Assembly (NCBI GenBank): GCA_951406725.2
Contig: OX597820.1
Coordinates: 84,630,001 to 84,694,000, forward strand
DNA length: 64,000 bases
Direction of reading: 5' to 3'
Source: Octopus vulgaris
Taxonomy: Eukaryota
The first letter of the stretch is position 1. The number at the start of each line of letters is the position of its first letter. The position numbers were made by a program, and so were the translations under genes. Of this stretch, positions 40,431 to 57,359 are shown in pieces. Below the pieces are notes generated by a model, which was not told the DNA's origin, ran no database searches, and worked only from the letters and a program-made list of their open reading frames with translations.

Positions 40431-40974
40431 AATATCCTTCAAAATGTAAATAATATAAATATATCTATTTATATATTTTTATAGACAAAGAAATATTTTT
40501 AAATTGTAAACAATTCAAATTATATATATATATGTGTATTTTTATGTATACATATGTATATATTTTGTGGGTGGAGCAGATGAGATTCATTAGCCGTGAT
40601 GAAGTCAACTCATCATGGAGGGAGACACTCTGACATAAAACCTGGTCATGGTAATGACAGATCCTTAACTGGCTGCACTGCCAACGCCATGACTATTGTT
40701 GGGACGAAATGGGCTGCGATTTTGAAACGAAGCCTTGATTAGGACAACCAGTTTAGGAGAATAATGTACTGAATTCTAATTGACTTATCCCTGCATTATC
40801 ATTTCAAGGAAAAGCCTAGGTGATATAAAATCTGCAGTCAACTTAGTACTAGTTATCTTGCTTTGCTTGACGCTGGAATCTACTATTTTGACGCAGAGCG
40901 TGGTAAAGTTGTTGTACAAGCGTTTGCCATTGAAATTCAATGAGGTACCGATGTCCCCGACAAAGCACCATCAT

Positions 40975-41215
40975 CGTACAATAGTCACATTTCAAAAGTT
41001 CTATGGCGATAGAGGCGTGTCGACGTATGCAGATTTGACCGGTTAGAAACATAGAGTTACCAAACTGCACATAAGGCGGCAGAGTTCTTATCTTAATATC
41101 GCTAACATGTTTTCATGGACCAGAGCTGTTTTCGGTGGAGAATCTTGTTGTGTCTGTGCAGCTCTTTTAGAGAGAACACTGCTCATCTGGATATACTGGG
41201 AAGGTGCGAGAAAAG
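40975..41215. repeat. Unclassified ~240-bp repeat, copy 2
   Basis: Direct match to 37955-38196. Confidence 0.85.
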
Positions 41216-41379
41216 TTATACTAAATATTGTCTGTCCCCACTATCTCTCTCTCTCTCTCTATCTCTCTCTTTTTCTGTGCTAGTTAATTTACTGCGGCTA
41301 ACAGCTGTTCGATTTAGCTGGAATGAACAAAGAAATTATATAAACATTGATAATAAATATGCAAGCAATAATGTTTCTC

Positions 41380-41810
41380 TTAACCTGACCGGTGGGATTG
41401 TGAGAACTCTTAGATCGAGCAGATAGTCCTGAACGAAGAACAGCTCTATAAACTAAGGAGCTAAGTCGTCTTAGTGTTGATATTGCTGCTCTTTCTGAAA
41501 CAAAACGCTCAGTCGAAGAACATCTTGTCGAAAAATCGACAGGTTTCACTTTATTCTGGGTTGGTAACCCGAAGGAAAAGAAAAGAGGTGGTGTTGGGTT
41601 TGCAATGAGAAGGGATTTGCTAAAACACTTAGAACAACCACAAAGCCTAAATACACGCACAATGAAACTCCGGATCCTTCTTTCTATTGGATGTTTTGTA
41701 AATGTTCTCTCTAGTTATGCTCCAACAGTTTCAGCTAATGAGGAACATACCCAAGCATTTTATGAGGAACTTAGGAGACTTAGTCTGTCAGTTCCTTTTA
41801 ATGAGAAGTT
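41380..41810 (+). mobile_element. RTE-clade LINE apurinic endonuclease fragment
   Basis: VRTL..PERRTAL..KELSRLSVDIAALSET...FTLFWVG.P...GVGFA...SSYAPT. Confidence 0.85.
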
Positions 41811-43257
41811 TTTAGAGAAAAACCTGTGTAAAACACTGTTTTTCACGGTTTCTAAATTTACGTCGACAAAATGCAATGGTACATGACCATCCTCGACACA
41901 TAAATAATGTGTATAGAAAGTTTGATGAAAGTCGGTTGAAAACTTTAGAAATGCATACGTACTACATACAGAGACACACACAGCCATCCTTTATTTTATA
42001 GATATAGATATGTATTAACACAAGCGTATTTCTATACAGAAGACATACGTACATTCAATATAAAGGTACTAAGCTTTTCTATATATCACCGCCACCGAAC
42101 ACTTTATTTTCCTTCTGTCATACACAATGCATTATGTCGCTATACTATTCTGTTACTGTTTCTTGTGATTATGTATCATCAATTTGTATTGCACTTCATC
42201 TGGGTTATGCATTATCAATTTCATTGCACTTCTAACCTAAAGAAATGTCAGTAATTTTTATTTCGTCTGCGTTTACTTTCCACCAATTGCAGGAACCGGA
42301 CATAGTACTGACATGGAATGAGATTGATATATACACTTCTACCCTGTGCGTGAACCCCTAGTTCTTGGTACCAACCTTCATTTTCCTCAGTCGATCTATT
42401 TGCATTGAACTGCATATTTTTCTTTCAATTTAGAAATCATTACTATGATCGCATAACATTAGATTTTTCTCTTCTAACTTTATTCTCTCGTTAAAGAATG
42501 ATTTTAAATTAACTGTAATAGCTGTTTAAACAGTAACAGGCATAATCTAACATAACTAATACGACACGTCCAAAACTACGTTGTTACCCATATAACTTTA
42601 TGCTTGTCACATGTCCGTTATTTTTGTGAAAAAATATAACAGAAATCTCCGAATGTCCAAATCAAAATTACAGTTTATTAAAATAATATTGCTTTTCTGT
42701 ATTACTTTAATGATTTCTCTTCTGGAATAATATTTATTACCGAGTCGTTTATAAGAGGATAATGTTAATATGTATGTTAATAATATCCAAAATAAAATAA
42801 AGATTAAAAGATTCTAAAGTTAATAATTACTAAATACTACAATGCATTTGCATTGTCATTGCATTTGATTTTCTAAATGTCGATTCGCTTTGTCATATTT
42901 TAATTTCCAGTTATAGCATGTATTACATTCCCCCCAGACTTACCGTTCATTAAATTTAGCCATTCTCGCGTTAACGCAAAGGTGAATGATTTTCCTTTAA
43001 AATATTGATATTGCACACGATAGGTGAGAAGTACTTGTCTCAATATGTTGTGTCAAATAAAGCCAGTAATTTATTGCCTTTACCTTCAATTTATAATTAT
43101 AATTATATTATTAAAATATAATTGTTATATATGCACTGAGAAAAGGCAACATATTTTTCTGAAAATATATTTCATTAATAACCGATGGCTTGCTAATATT
43201 CATTGCATACCTTTTTATACACGCACAGAAGCACACACATACACACACGCACACACA

Positions 43258-43339
<82 letters not shown>

Positions 43340-43354
43340 TACACACACACATAT

Positions 43355-43500
43355 TGCGTTGTGGTAAGTAGTTTGTTTCCCAACCACACGGCTCCGGGTT
43401 CAGTCCCACTGCATGGTACCTTGGGCAAGTATCTTCTATAGCCTCGGGCCGACAAAAGGCTCCTGAGTGGATTTGTAGACGGTAAGTGAAAGAAGCCGTC

Positions 43501-43586
<86 letters not shown>

Positions 43587-43790
43587 CTGTTTCTATACCT
43601 GTCCCCCCACCATCGCTTGACTCCGATTTTGGTGTATTTGCGTCCCCGTAACGTAGCGGTTGAACAAAGCGACCGAATGAATAAGTACTAGGCTTACTGT
43701 AAGTACTGGGTTCGATTTGTTCGACTAAAGGCCCCTCTCCAGTTTGGCCGCACTCAAACGACTGAAACAAATACATGAATAATGAATGAA
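43355..43790 (+). mobile_element. SINE family 2 with internal microsatellite
   Basis: GTGGTAAG..TTCCCAACCAC..CCGGGTTCAGTCCCACTGC..ACCTTGGGCAAGT; (TA)n(TG)n; tail GACTGAAACAA. Confidence 0.85.
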
Positions 43791-44337
43791 TAAATGAATA
43801 CACAGCAGCACACATTATTCGTGTATCATTTGATGGGTTTTTATGGATGCGCATAATCGATTAATTACACAGTATAAATTTAATTAGTATTATTGTTATC
43901 TAGCTATTACCTTGAATCTATCGGAGTTTACGAATCCCTCTCATATCAGCGAACGATGTTTATCACTACAAATCTATTTTACATATTTTTCTGACTTTAG
44001 TACTTATTCTGACTCTATTTTCGAACTGCTAATTTGCGGGGCCGTTAACTAAAAAACACCGGTTGTCAAATACTAGTAGGATCGTGGCAAACACACTCAT
44101 ACATAAATAAATAATATAAGAGTAAAAGAATAATATAATTTCCTTCTTCATTTTGAATTTAACCATTAGCACCGTCATGGATAATATTCTCGTAATTTTG
44201 GCAGTGGTCGATATTCTTTATAAGATTGTTATTGTTACTGGGGTTTTGTCAATTAAATGAAACCGATGTTATCTGTACATTGATTTAATATTGTATTCTT
44301 GGGAATAATTATGGACATAATAATAATAATAATAATC

Positions 44338-44391
<54 letters not shown>

Positions 44392-44404
44392 TTAGTAGCA
44401 GTAG

Positions 44405-44797
44405 TGTGGAAGTGCGTGGGTTAGTGGTTAAGGTGTCAGCATCATGATCATAGGATTGTGGTTTCGATTCCTGGGGTGCATCATAACCAATGTGTTGAGA
44501 GGAATTCTTCGGGGTTTGAAAATTCACCTCTGTAAACATGAGTGTTTCGTTCAACAACCTAAAACAACCCTTATTCAGGGACATTTTGAGCGGGATAGGC
44601 TACTGACCTGAAGAACATTCTAACTGGACCACCAACGTCAAGGTCATGTACTGTTTGTCTTGATATGAGATCACCATATCACGAACGTATGGCTGTGATG
44701 CATGTACCTGAGTTACCCTTATCAAACGGGTCGTCATGATGGGCTTCGTATATTTTAACCCCGTGTCACTTTCATGACATGCACTGCTCTCTCATTC
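44405..44797 (+). mobile_element. tRNA-headed SINE, family 4, between TAA tracts
   Basis: GGGTTAGTGGTTAAGG...GGTTTCGATTCC head; body and CTGCTCTCTCA.TC end are shared with 48851-49366. Confidence 0.75.
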
Positions 44798-44824
44798 AAT
44801 AACAATAACAGCAACAACAATAAC

Positions 44825-44919
<95 letters not shown>

Positions 44920-45399
44920 TGATGATGATGATGATGATGATGACGATAACAACAAAAACAACAACAAAAACAGCAACAACAATAGTAATAATAATATTTT
45001 AAAAGGATTGACGTAACTCTTCACAAAGGTAAAGAGAGAAGACGAAGAGCGCGATGCAATTGCAATAGATATTTTATTGGTTCAACATTATTTCCACTGC
45101 AAGCCTGTCTTTTTCGAGTTCAAAATACTAAAAGGGATAAACATTCAAAAGAGCAGACAGCATTCACACATCGGTGGAATTACAACATCGATCTTCAAGT
45201 TTCACTTTAACAAATGGCGACAGAAAGAGAGAGAAAAAGGGACAGAAAAAAGAAAAAGAAACAGAACATTTCATCAAACAGTTTTTGTAAAAATTTGATG
45301 GTAATTTCCTAACTTCGTATTCATTCCTCTAAGGCGTGATGTTAATAATCCGCAAACATATTTCTTTTAAGGAAGAAACGAACAGGAACAAAAAAAAAC

Positions 45400-46152
45400 C
45401 CCAGAAGAATCATGGCAAGAAAAGAAAATGTATGCTCAGTTTGCAGGACATATGAACGGCAAGACAGATACAGAAGACAGGCGGCTGTGGTTCAGGAAGA
45501 GTGACCTGATGCACAGCTGAATTATAAGCGTTAACGACCAATTCTATGAAGTGCAGAGTAGACAACGCTGCCGATAGCAACAAACGCAGAATGTGTGGTG
45601 AATGGTGTGAAACGGTTGGCATATCGTTCGCGAATGCCTTAAAATCGGCACAGCGCGAATACAAAATATGCCATGACAATATGGCAAGAGTGATCCGTTG
45701 GGAGCTCTGTGTAAATCAGGGCCTACAAATAGTAATAACGTGGTATGGGAAAACCCTACAAGGAGTCAATGAAAATGATAATTTCAAAATCCCTTGGGAT
45801 GCAATGTTTCTCTGCGATCGCCCGGTCAGACATCGGAAGCCGGACATTGTTGTAGTGACTAAGAAAGGAAGAACATGTATGTTAATGGACATAGTATGCC
45901 CGATGACAAGAGGATCAATCTGAAGGAAGAGGAAAAATAAGCGATTATGCCGATTCGAAGTGGGAAATAAGAAGTGTGTCTTCTATAAACAGAGTAGCCG
46001 TGAGGTGTAATTGGTGCACTTGGAAGTATCAGCATTCAACTACCAATATGGTTGAAAATATTCGGTGCAAATGTGAAGGTAGAACACCTTAATCTGCTGA
46101 CGGTAAAGAGCTGACACTTTCCAGCTTACGCAGCAAAATCAGCTGTGAGTTT
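45400..46152 (+). mobile_element. Old R4/Dong-like LINE 3' fragment (zinc knuckle + REL endonuclease)
   Basis: RMCGE..ETV, AQREYKICHDNMARVIRWELC, RKPDIVV, DIVCP; ends at a TAA tract. Confidence 0.8.
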
Positions 46153-46232
46153 TATATAATAATAATAATGATAATAATAATAATGATGATGATGATGCTG
46201 ATAGTATTAATAATAATGACAATAAAAATTAA

Positions 46233-48323
<2,091 letters not shown>

Positions 48324-48328
48324 ACAAC

Positions 48329-48378
<50 letters not shown>

Positions 48379-48385
48379 CAACAAC

Positions 48386-48669
48386 ATACCAGGAAACCCC
48401 AAAATGGCAGAAATTCAAAAGATAGTGCTCATGGGAACTGCTCATATCCTACGCAAAATACTCTCTATGTAATCTCAAAGTTTAAAACAAACAATTTTCT
48501 TTTTGTTTTAAAATGTATTTATTAGACATTCACTAGTACAACACCAAAAAAACACCAAATATATGGCACACTAGGCATAACAACAACGTGAACTTCCAAC
48601 CTGTTGTCTCTTGAGGTCTCTGGGTGAGACTTGGAGCCAACTTGTACAAACATAAAGCAAAAGGCAAAC

Positions 48670-48670
<1 letters not shown>
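48386..48670 (+). mobile_element. Short 3' end of another R4/Dong-like family
   Basis: IPGNPKMAEIQKIVLMGTAHILRKILSM* plus a distinct UTR, flanked by TAA tracts. Confidence 0.8.
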
Positions 48671-48735
<65 letters not shown>

Positions 48736-48767
48736 TAATAATGATGATGATGATGATGATAATGATA

Positions 48768-48848
<81 letters not shown>

Positions 48849-48850
48849 TA

Positions 48851-49366
48851 TGCCCTGATGCAGTACCAGACAGTGGATCTCATGGCTTCTGATCTTAACT
48901 GATTGGAAGTGTTATCATGTACATTGTTTTGTCTTGGTATAAAGATGGGCTACAGCAAATATTCTGCTCAATACCACAGATTTGTTTGACCTTAACCAGT
49001 TGAGCATGTCCCTTATTGGCTGATGATATGTGCATCCTTGATCACAAGCAGAAGTAGTGGGGGAGCACTATAGCCGTGTGTTGAAAGGAATTCTTAGAGT
49101 TTTGGATAATTCAACTTTGGAAACACGGGTGGTTCGTTCAGCAATCTTTATTCAGGGACCTTTTGAGTGCGGTAGGCTACTCGACCAGAAAATTCTAACT
49201 GGGCCTCACCTGCAAGGTCATAAGCTGTTTAACTTGATATGAGATCACCATGTTGCGCACATATTGTTGTGATGCATGTGCGTGGTGTGCACTTATCAGA
49301 CGAGTAGTCATGATGTGTATATTTAACCCCAGTATCACTTTGATCGCATGGACTGTGCTCTCACTC
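48851..49366 (+). mobile_element. SINE family 4 body (no head seen) between TAA tracts
   Basis: 3' ~280 bp matches 44500-44797. Confidence 0.75.
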
Positions 49367-50480
<1,114 letters not shown>

Positions 50481-52279
50481 TCTGGTGTGTTTATTCTAAT
50501 GACCTACCAATGTGTACAGTGGGATTTTCTACCCTAGGTTTCAGGAAGAAACCTGGCAAGAAATGGAAATAGAACTGAATGAAGTGGATAATGAAAAAAA
50601 AAATTATCTTAGTAATAATAATAATAAAATTGTAGTATTCAACTCTGATTATATGTTCCTCAATATTACAAAATATATATATAATAGACACTTTGATAAT
50701 GAAGCGCTGGTTAGTGGTTTCCTTACATGGAATACTTCTAGTGCAGATGCATATGTTTTACGTTCAAAATGTTTCAAAAATGCTTCACAAAAACTTACGA
50801 AACAAAAAGATTATAGGCTCCAATAACATCCCAGTGATCCTCTCGAAGAATATATTTGTTACAAACGACATCAAGCAGAAGTGATCAAAATATCATCTTA
50901 GGACGGTGACAATTTTACCTTCAGAGGTAATTTACTTTGATATCTGGAATGCTTGCTTACATTATCTGAGGTTATAGAATTCTAAGTTAATCTGTTTCTT
51001 ATTGCAAAGGAGGTGGAATATGAAAATAACAATTCGTGAATTCTTCGGAGCATGTGTAGGAAATATACCCGAGGAGCCGTAACCTGAATGATGATGAAGA
51101 TTCAGTTTTGCTTTGATTGAACATAAACAAACCTTTCATGGGGCGAAAAATGACATGAAAATATGCTAGGAATTGCTATTGTGTTGAATTCCAAAGAATG
51201 TCAGATGTTAAAATTGGAAGAACTCCCCACAGCATTAGAGGCCGAAGGCCACACAAGTATAATAAATTTTATGCAGAGAAATGTATGACATGAAGGATCT
51301 ACCAAAAGAAATGCGCATCAGTGCCTTTGGCATTGTGAAATATTTCTCGCATGTGGAATCTAGACAAAGGAAGAAAAACATTGCATTTGTGATCAAGATA
51401 TAATATTTATATATGGTTAACAACAGAATTGCCGTTAGTCAGCATATTTGGACTTCAACCATATATGGTGGATGCATTATTACAGATCACAATGATACTA
51501 CACAATAGAGTGAAGCAAAATTATACAGCAAGTAATTATTGCATAACGCATTCACTACTGACCATCAGTGAGAAAACATCTTGGCTTAAATGTAGGGATA
51601 AAATATTTTATAAAATTATATTTGATCATTCATTTTTCAAAATAATTTCCCTTAGAACTTGAATCATATACTACAATTAACGCATTTATACAAAAAATAG
51701 CGTTTGTAAAAACCCTGGTGACATGCCTGATAATATTCTAAGAGGATATTTTCACAAAGACTAGACAAAATTGATAAATTTATATACGTGATCAGTAACT
51801 GTGTATCATTTTATAACTATGTTCCATGAGCAAGGCCTAGTGCAGCCATATCTTGTCAGTTATCCTATGCCGTTGAAGTGAATTAACCCAGAAACCAAGG
51901 TCCGAGGGACCGTTTAAGACTGAGTGGTGACATTAGCTCCTTTATTCGATGTGTAAAGATGCAGTTGTGCCTCGGTAAACAGCTGGAAAAGATGTTTCGG
52001 TTCGGCTAAAAAACGTAGTAACAGCGTCTTAATCATCGTTGCCTATATAAGGAACGAAGTAACTAACCAAATGATATTTTATATATGAAATGTAGAAATT
52101 ATTAACCACATTGTATTTGACTGCCAAAACCTAATGAACACTCACATCGACACAAGAAAGAAGATTACTAAACAGAGGTTTATAGTCGACAGACCTTCTG
52201 TCTTAAACTCAATTTATTTCGTCGAATTTAGAAGGTTGGCAAGTAATTTATAGCATTTGTGTAGTTTGAATTCAAAAGC

Positions 52280-52360
<81 letters not shown>

Positions 52361-55300
52361 TAGAATCCTACCATTTTAAGTTAAAGCATTTCACATTCAG
52401 AATTCACTGAAATTAATGTATATGCAAATAACGATAAAGACTAACAAGCTAAACGTGATATATATTCTATGCGTGATATTAATGCAAATTTGGATACCAT
52501 GAGTCAGACGACACAAGGTGGAATACATTTTGTATGATATACCGAGTTATAGATATTGTGAATGAAATCTGTATGAACTATAATTGCCTTTCATCTCTTT
52601 TCGACCGATAAATGTTGATTAAAACACGGAAGTGAATTTCATACGAAAATATATTCTTAGTACATTTCTTTAAAATGATATATTCTTAGAGCATTTGCTT
52701 AAGTAAAAGTAATTTTTAAGCTGAAGACCGTCTGAAATTTCCCTAATAATATTGATATAATTCTTTAAATAGCTTTACCCTATGCGTTGAAACCACTGGA
52801 GCTAACTCCGATATTCACTTGTTCGTTAAGGTTAACAATTATTTGATTGCAATGTATCGAAGTTTGAACACCATATAACGCCCATATATTTGCGGAAACT
52901 GAAATTATTTACACACTCAGCGAAAATACACTCTGATTTTAAAATTATATAATATATATTAAAGATGCTATGAAGATGGATGAAGGGAAACATCATAGTG
53001 GTAAGGGAATTGAGTTAAACTACATAGAAAACAGTAAAGATTATATTTCTAATATTTTTCTTTGTACCTTTCTCGACTCACTAGATATACTTCCCTGATA
53101 TTTTTCCATTAACACCCTGATTCGTTTTTCGCAAAGAATTTGTGATAAACTGGTTAATGCATCTGTTCCAATATTCTAGTTTATTAGTGATTGTCACGGC
53201 CAGCATAAAATTGAAGGGTAGTCCATTTATAAAGAGATGACTCGAAATAGCAAGCAGAGCTATAATGAGCTGCATAACATATGATTCGGAGTCTCACTCT
53301 AGTTACTTCGAATTAGTTTAACCTTTATGACATATAAAAAACGTATTTTACTTCTCTGAATTTTTCCCTCGGATAAAGATGTGAAAAGCTTTTGCCACAA
53401 TCATCTAAATACTAATAACTAAACATCCCAATATTTATTTAAGAAATATCTTATTAGCAGAATAATTCTTTAAACCTAAAATATAAAAATATATGCATTA
53501 TAAATATTTACATACAGCCATGTGTCTTCAGATACACGGTTGTATGACAAATACTGTAACTGGTTTGTAAAATGCTAAGATATATTATCAATTCGTACTT
53601 CACAATGAAGGTCTGTTTCACCGTTATGTACTTGTATCTGTTTCAGTGTGATCAGCATGTGGTTAATGTATAAGGTTTAATTAATTTCAGGTTTTTGTGG
53701 TCTTTGACAGCAAGATTAATTAGCAAAAATGTAATATTTATTTCCAAGAACGGCGAGTTGAAAATCTGATATTTGAATTTGAATGCGTGTATGTGAAACT
53801 GAGAATTTGAAAATAACATTGTTGTTATATGAGAACACTATTAACGCTGAGTTGAATTAATGGAATTTGTGAGTTCCATTCAATAGATCACGTTGCCTTC
53901 AAAAACGAAGAAATTTACAATATGAAATGAGAAAACATATTGTCACATTTCAGGTGAAATTGAAGTGAAGAGAAAAAAGTGCTAAAAACTGTGTGCTGTA
54001 ATAACGAGCTCTGTTGCCATTAGAACATTTTAGAATTTCATGGTGTGTGAAAAAATTAAAGAAAACAGGAATTATTTCACAAACGAACTTGATAGAAAGT
54101 TTATATTCTATGCACAATTAGACAATATTTAAATCTGCATCTAAGAAGTCCTCTATGATGTGACTAAAACTCGAGAAAATAAATTACTGATGTATTCCGT
54201 ACTTCCTTGACAAAAATATTGAGTACATCTGCACATATTCGAAATGAACATTAAAAAAGATGCTAGGTTGTCGAATTCAATAATTAGATGAAAGAAATGT
54301 CTTCATGATTTTCTTGGCGTTCATATACATTCTAAGTTCCAATCTAAATTTAAGAATTATAATGCATCGTTTTTGTCGATAAAAGTTTTGTCCATCTGAA
54401 GATTGCGGATAACTTTAAGAAAACTATATATTATCCAAAATTTCTCATGTTACAAATGTCCATGTCATTTTGTATGAGAATATATTTAACATGTAAAATC
54501 TTGTACATATTCGAAAATTTGGAAATGATAGAGAGTATATAACGTAATGCCATTGTTACTAAGGCGTTCATGAGGCAGTGATGATGCAGAGCATTCTTCA
54601 AGATGAATTGTAGGTAAACCAGAATCGAGTAAACCAGTAGGTAAACTAGAATTGAGTACTGCTTACATCTCACGTTTCAAACTTATTAAACTTCATTGAT
54701 AAAATTCTTAAATGCTAAGAACCATAAATTCTATGTATTTATATCCAATCATTTCATTATAATTCTCTTTAATTAATAAGTACAAAAAAGTTAAATTGGT
54801 GCGTTCATATGTCATGGCCCATGAGTATAGTATTGGGAGAGATAAAAGCTACACATCAAAAAACAATAATTTTTTAATAACGATTTGAACATTCATATGG
54901 AAATTCTGAAGGCTCTCGTCATCTGTTATGAGTTATATTATGAATAAATTCAATTTATTATCTATACATTTTACTTATAAGTTCATGGTATAAATGAGAA
55001 ATGAGAAATAGAAAGAAAGGCAAAATTAATCGAGAACCGGAACAAATGCACATTCACATTTAAAGTAATTGCACAGTCGCTTAAACAATCGTTCCATGGT
55101 AGTTTAAACTGTCTTCAGGAGTGATTGAAACGCATGTTCCACGTGTTAAGGTTGATAAATAACTTGCAAATGCAATTATAAAAAACACTACAAAATGTAT
55201 GTGTTCACTTGTATGTTATTGTCAGTACTGTAATATTCTAGTCGCCCCTATAATATTGTGGCGGTATTCCGCATCTTACCATCTTTGACTCGCCTATCGT

Positions 55301-55698
55301 GCTATCGCTGATAGCTCTGCAAAGTAATACTTTGAAACGTCGACCTTCACAGTAATTCGAACTCGTATATATATCGTGATATATATCGTACAACGACTCT
55401 ACTACTACTGAAGTTCTACAACGACTGCCTGACTTATAGTGGCTGATTGATAACACTTTGTCACGTGAGAAGGGTGGGTACCATTTTCACTACAACAATT
55501 TAACTAATAGAAAATTAGATAAGTAATATAAAATGTTCATTATGAGTACTGTCGGGGATGCACCAAGTTACAACCTGTGCTAAACTTAACTTACCAGTAA
55601 CATTCACATTTCATGGTCATTATACTATAGGGCGTCTCGAGATATACGTCTCAGCAATTAAGATTCGGCATAGAAAATCAGGTCATGACATTAATTTC

Positions 55699-56110
55699 GG
55701 ATCTTTTCGGTTTGAACGGCAGTTTTTTTAAATATATTCCACGTAACTAAACACTTTTAAACTTCGTATACTGGTGGAATGTGTTTATAAAACATCTTTT
55801 TCTCTTGGTTTTATTGAAAAAATTCTACATTTTGTAAGCTATTTGCTGTTTTTTCCTTCAATTTCTGCAATTTCAACCAATCAATGACGTCTATTGAGGT
55901 GAAAACATTCTGTGTCGTATGAATATGTCCCTCGTTTAAGAAACAGATTGGGTTTATTTACATTTCTGAAGAAAAAAATACCTTTCCCCCACTCTAACCC
56001 TAACCCTCATTCAGATTGAAATGCAATAGATCGATACTAGGGTCATAATTACGGGTGACAATTTCATATGACACCACTAGAAAACGCTGCCGTTCAAACC
56101 GAACAGATCC
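55699..56110. mobile_element. MITE with 24-bp TIRs and 8-bp TSD (Merlin-like by termini)
   Basis: GGATCTTTTCGGTTTGAACGGCAG ... CTGCCGTTCAAACCGAACAGATCC (one mismatch); flanks TTAATTTC (55691-55698) and TTAATTTT (56111-56118). Confidence 0.85.
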
Positions 56111-57219
56111 TTAATTTTCTTCCATATATTGACGGACTAAGCATTATGTATTGAAATATTTTGACATTATTGCATGTGTCAGTTAGACTGTATTGCTATA
56201 ATTGTTAGGGCTTGTCTTGTATCTCAATCGTATGTTAGCATCAAAGTAAGCTTAACATTTATCCTGTTTGCCCAGCGATCAAACAATAAGTGATTTACTG
56301 TTTCTTATCACTTTCTTACCCTCACAATAATATCACTCAATTCTAAACGAATTGAGTACCATCGGACCCGAAGATGGTTGTGGTTTAGCAGGTCTCAACA
56401 GGCGCAAAGCATGCTGCCTTACATGGGCAGTTGTAATTACGCCACAATGAATAATTGAAGGGCTATGCAAGATGTATACATGCATTCATAGGTACATATA
56501 TATGCGCGCATGTGTTCATGCACATATGCAGCGAATTGTAACCGAATAAACTTTAGCATCATGTCGAATGTTGTTGGAGTGATAGTACATTTATTCAAAA
56601 CTGATCTCGCTTATGAGGAAATTCCAGAACTACTGAGAAAATAAAGAACAGATAAACATTGTAAAGAATTCTTATTTCTTAATCAATTATGAAAATTTTT
56701 GAATTAGGAAACCACAAAAGGAAAAACAGAAATATTACAAATATAATAATCATTGTGTTGTATGAATACATGCTTATTATTAAAGGTAAAAGATAAGACT
56801 TTATAAGAACATGATAATATGTAGAGAATGAAATTAACACTGCAGTGTGAAAACAAAAACGTACGTAATATCACGCATAAACGTTTCTAAACATATGTAT
56901 ATGACATGCAATTTCTATAGGCGCATAAATGCAGTTGCAAGCGTGCATAATACTCACACATATGCTATTATATATACACGTATATACGTATCAAGCTATA
57001 CAACGGCAACATCCACTTAATCAATACGTTTATGTAGAGAAAGATATTTATAGCTTAGAAGTATATAAATTTATATATATAGGAAAGTGCACCATTAAAT
57101 ATATTCACATAAAGGCAAGCATCTTAGTTTTTCGCGTTCAAAAACACATATACCTTCGCACACATACATATATACATACATTCATATAAACATACACACA
57201 TACAAATATACATACATAT

Positions 57220-57342
<123 letters not shown>

Positions 57343-57359
57343 AAGGGCGTTTTTCAATC

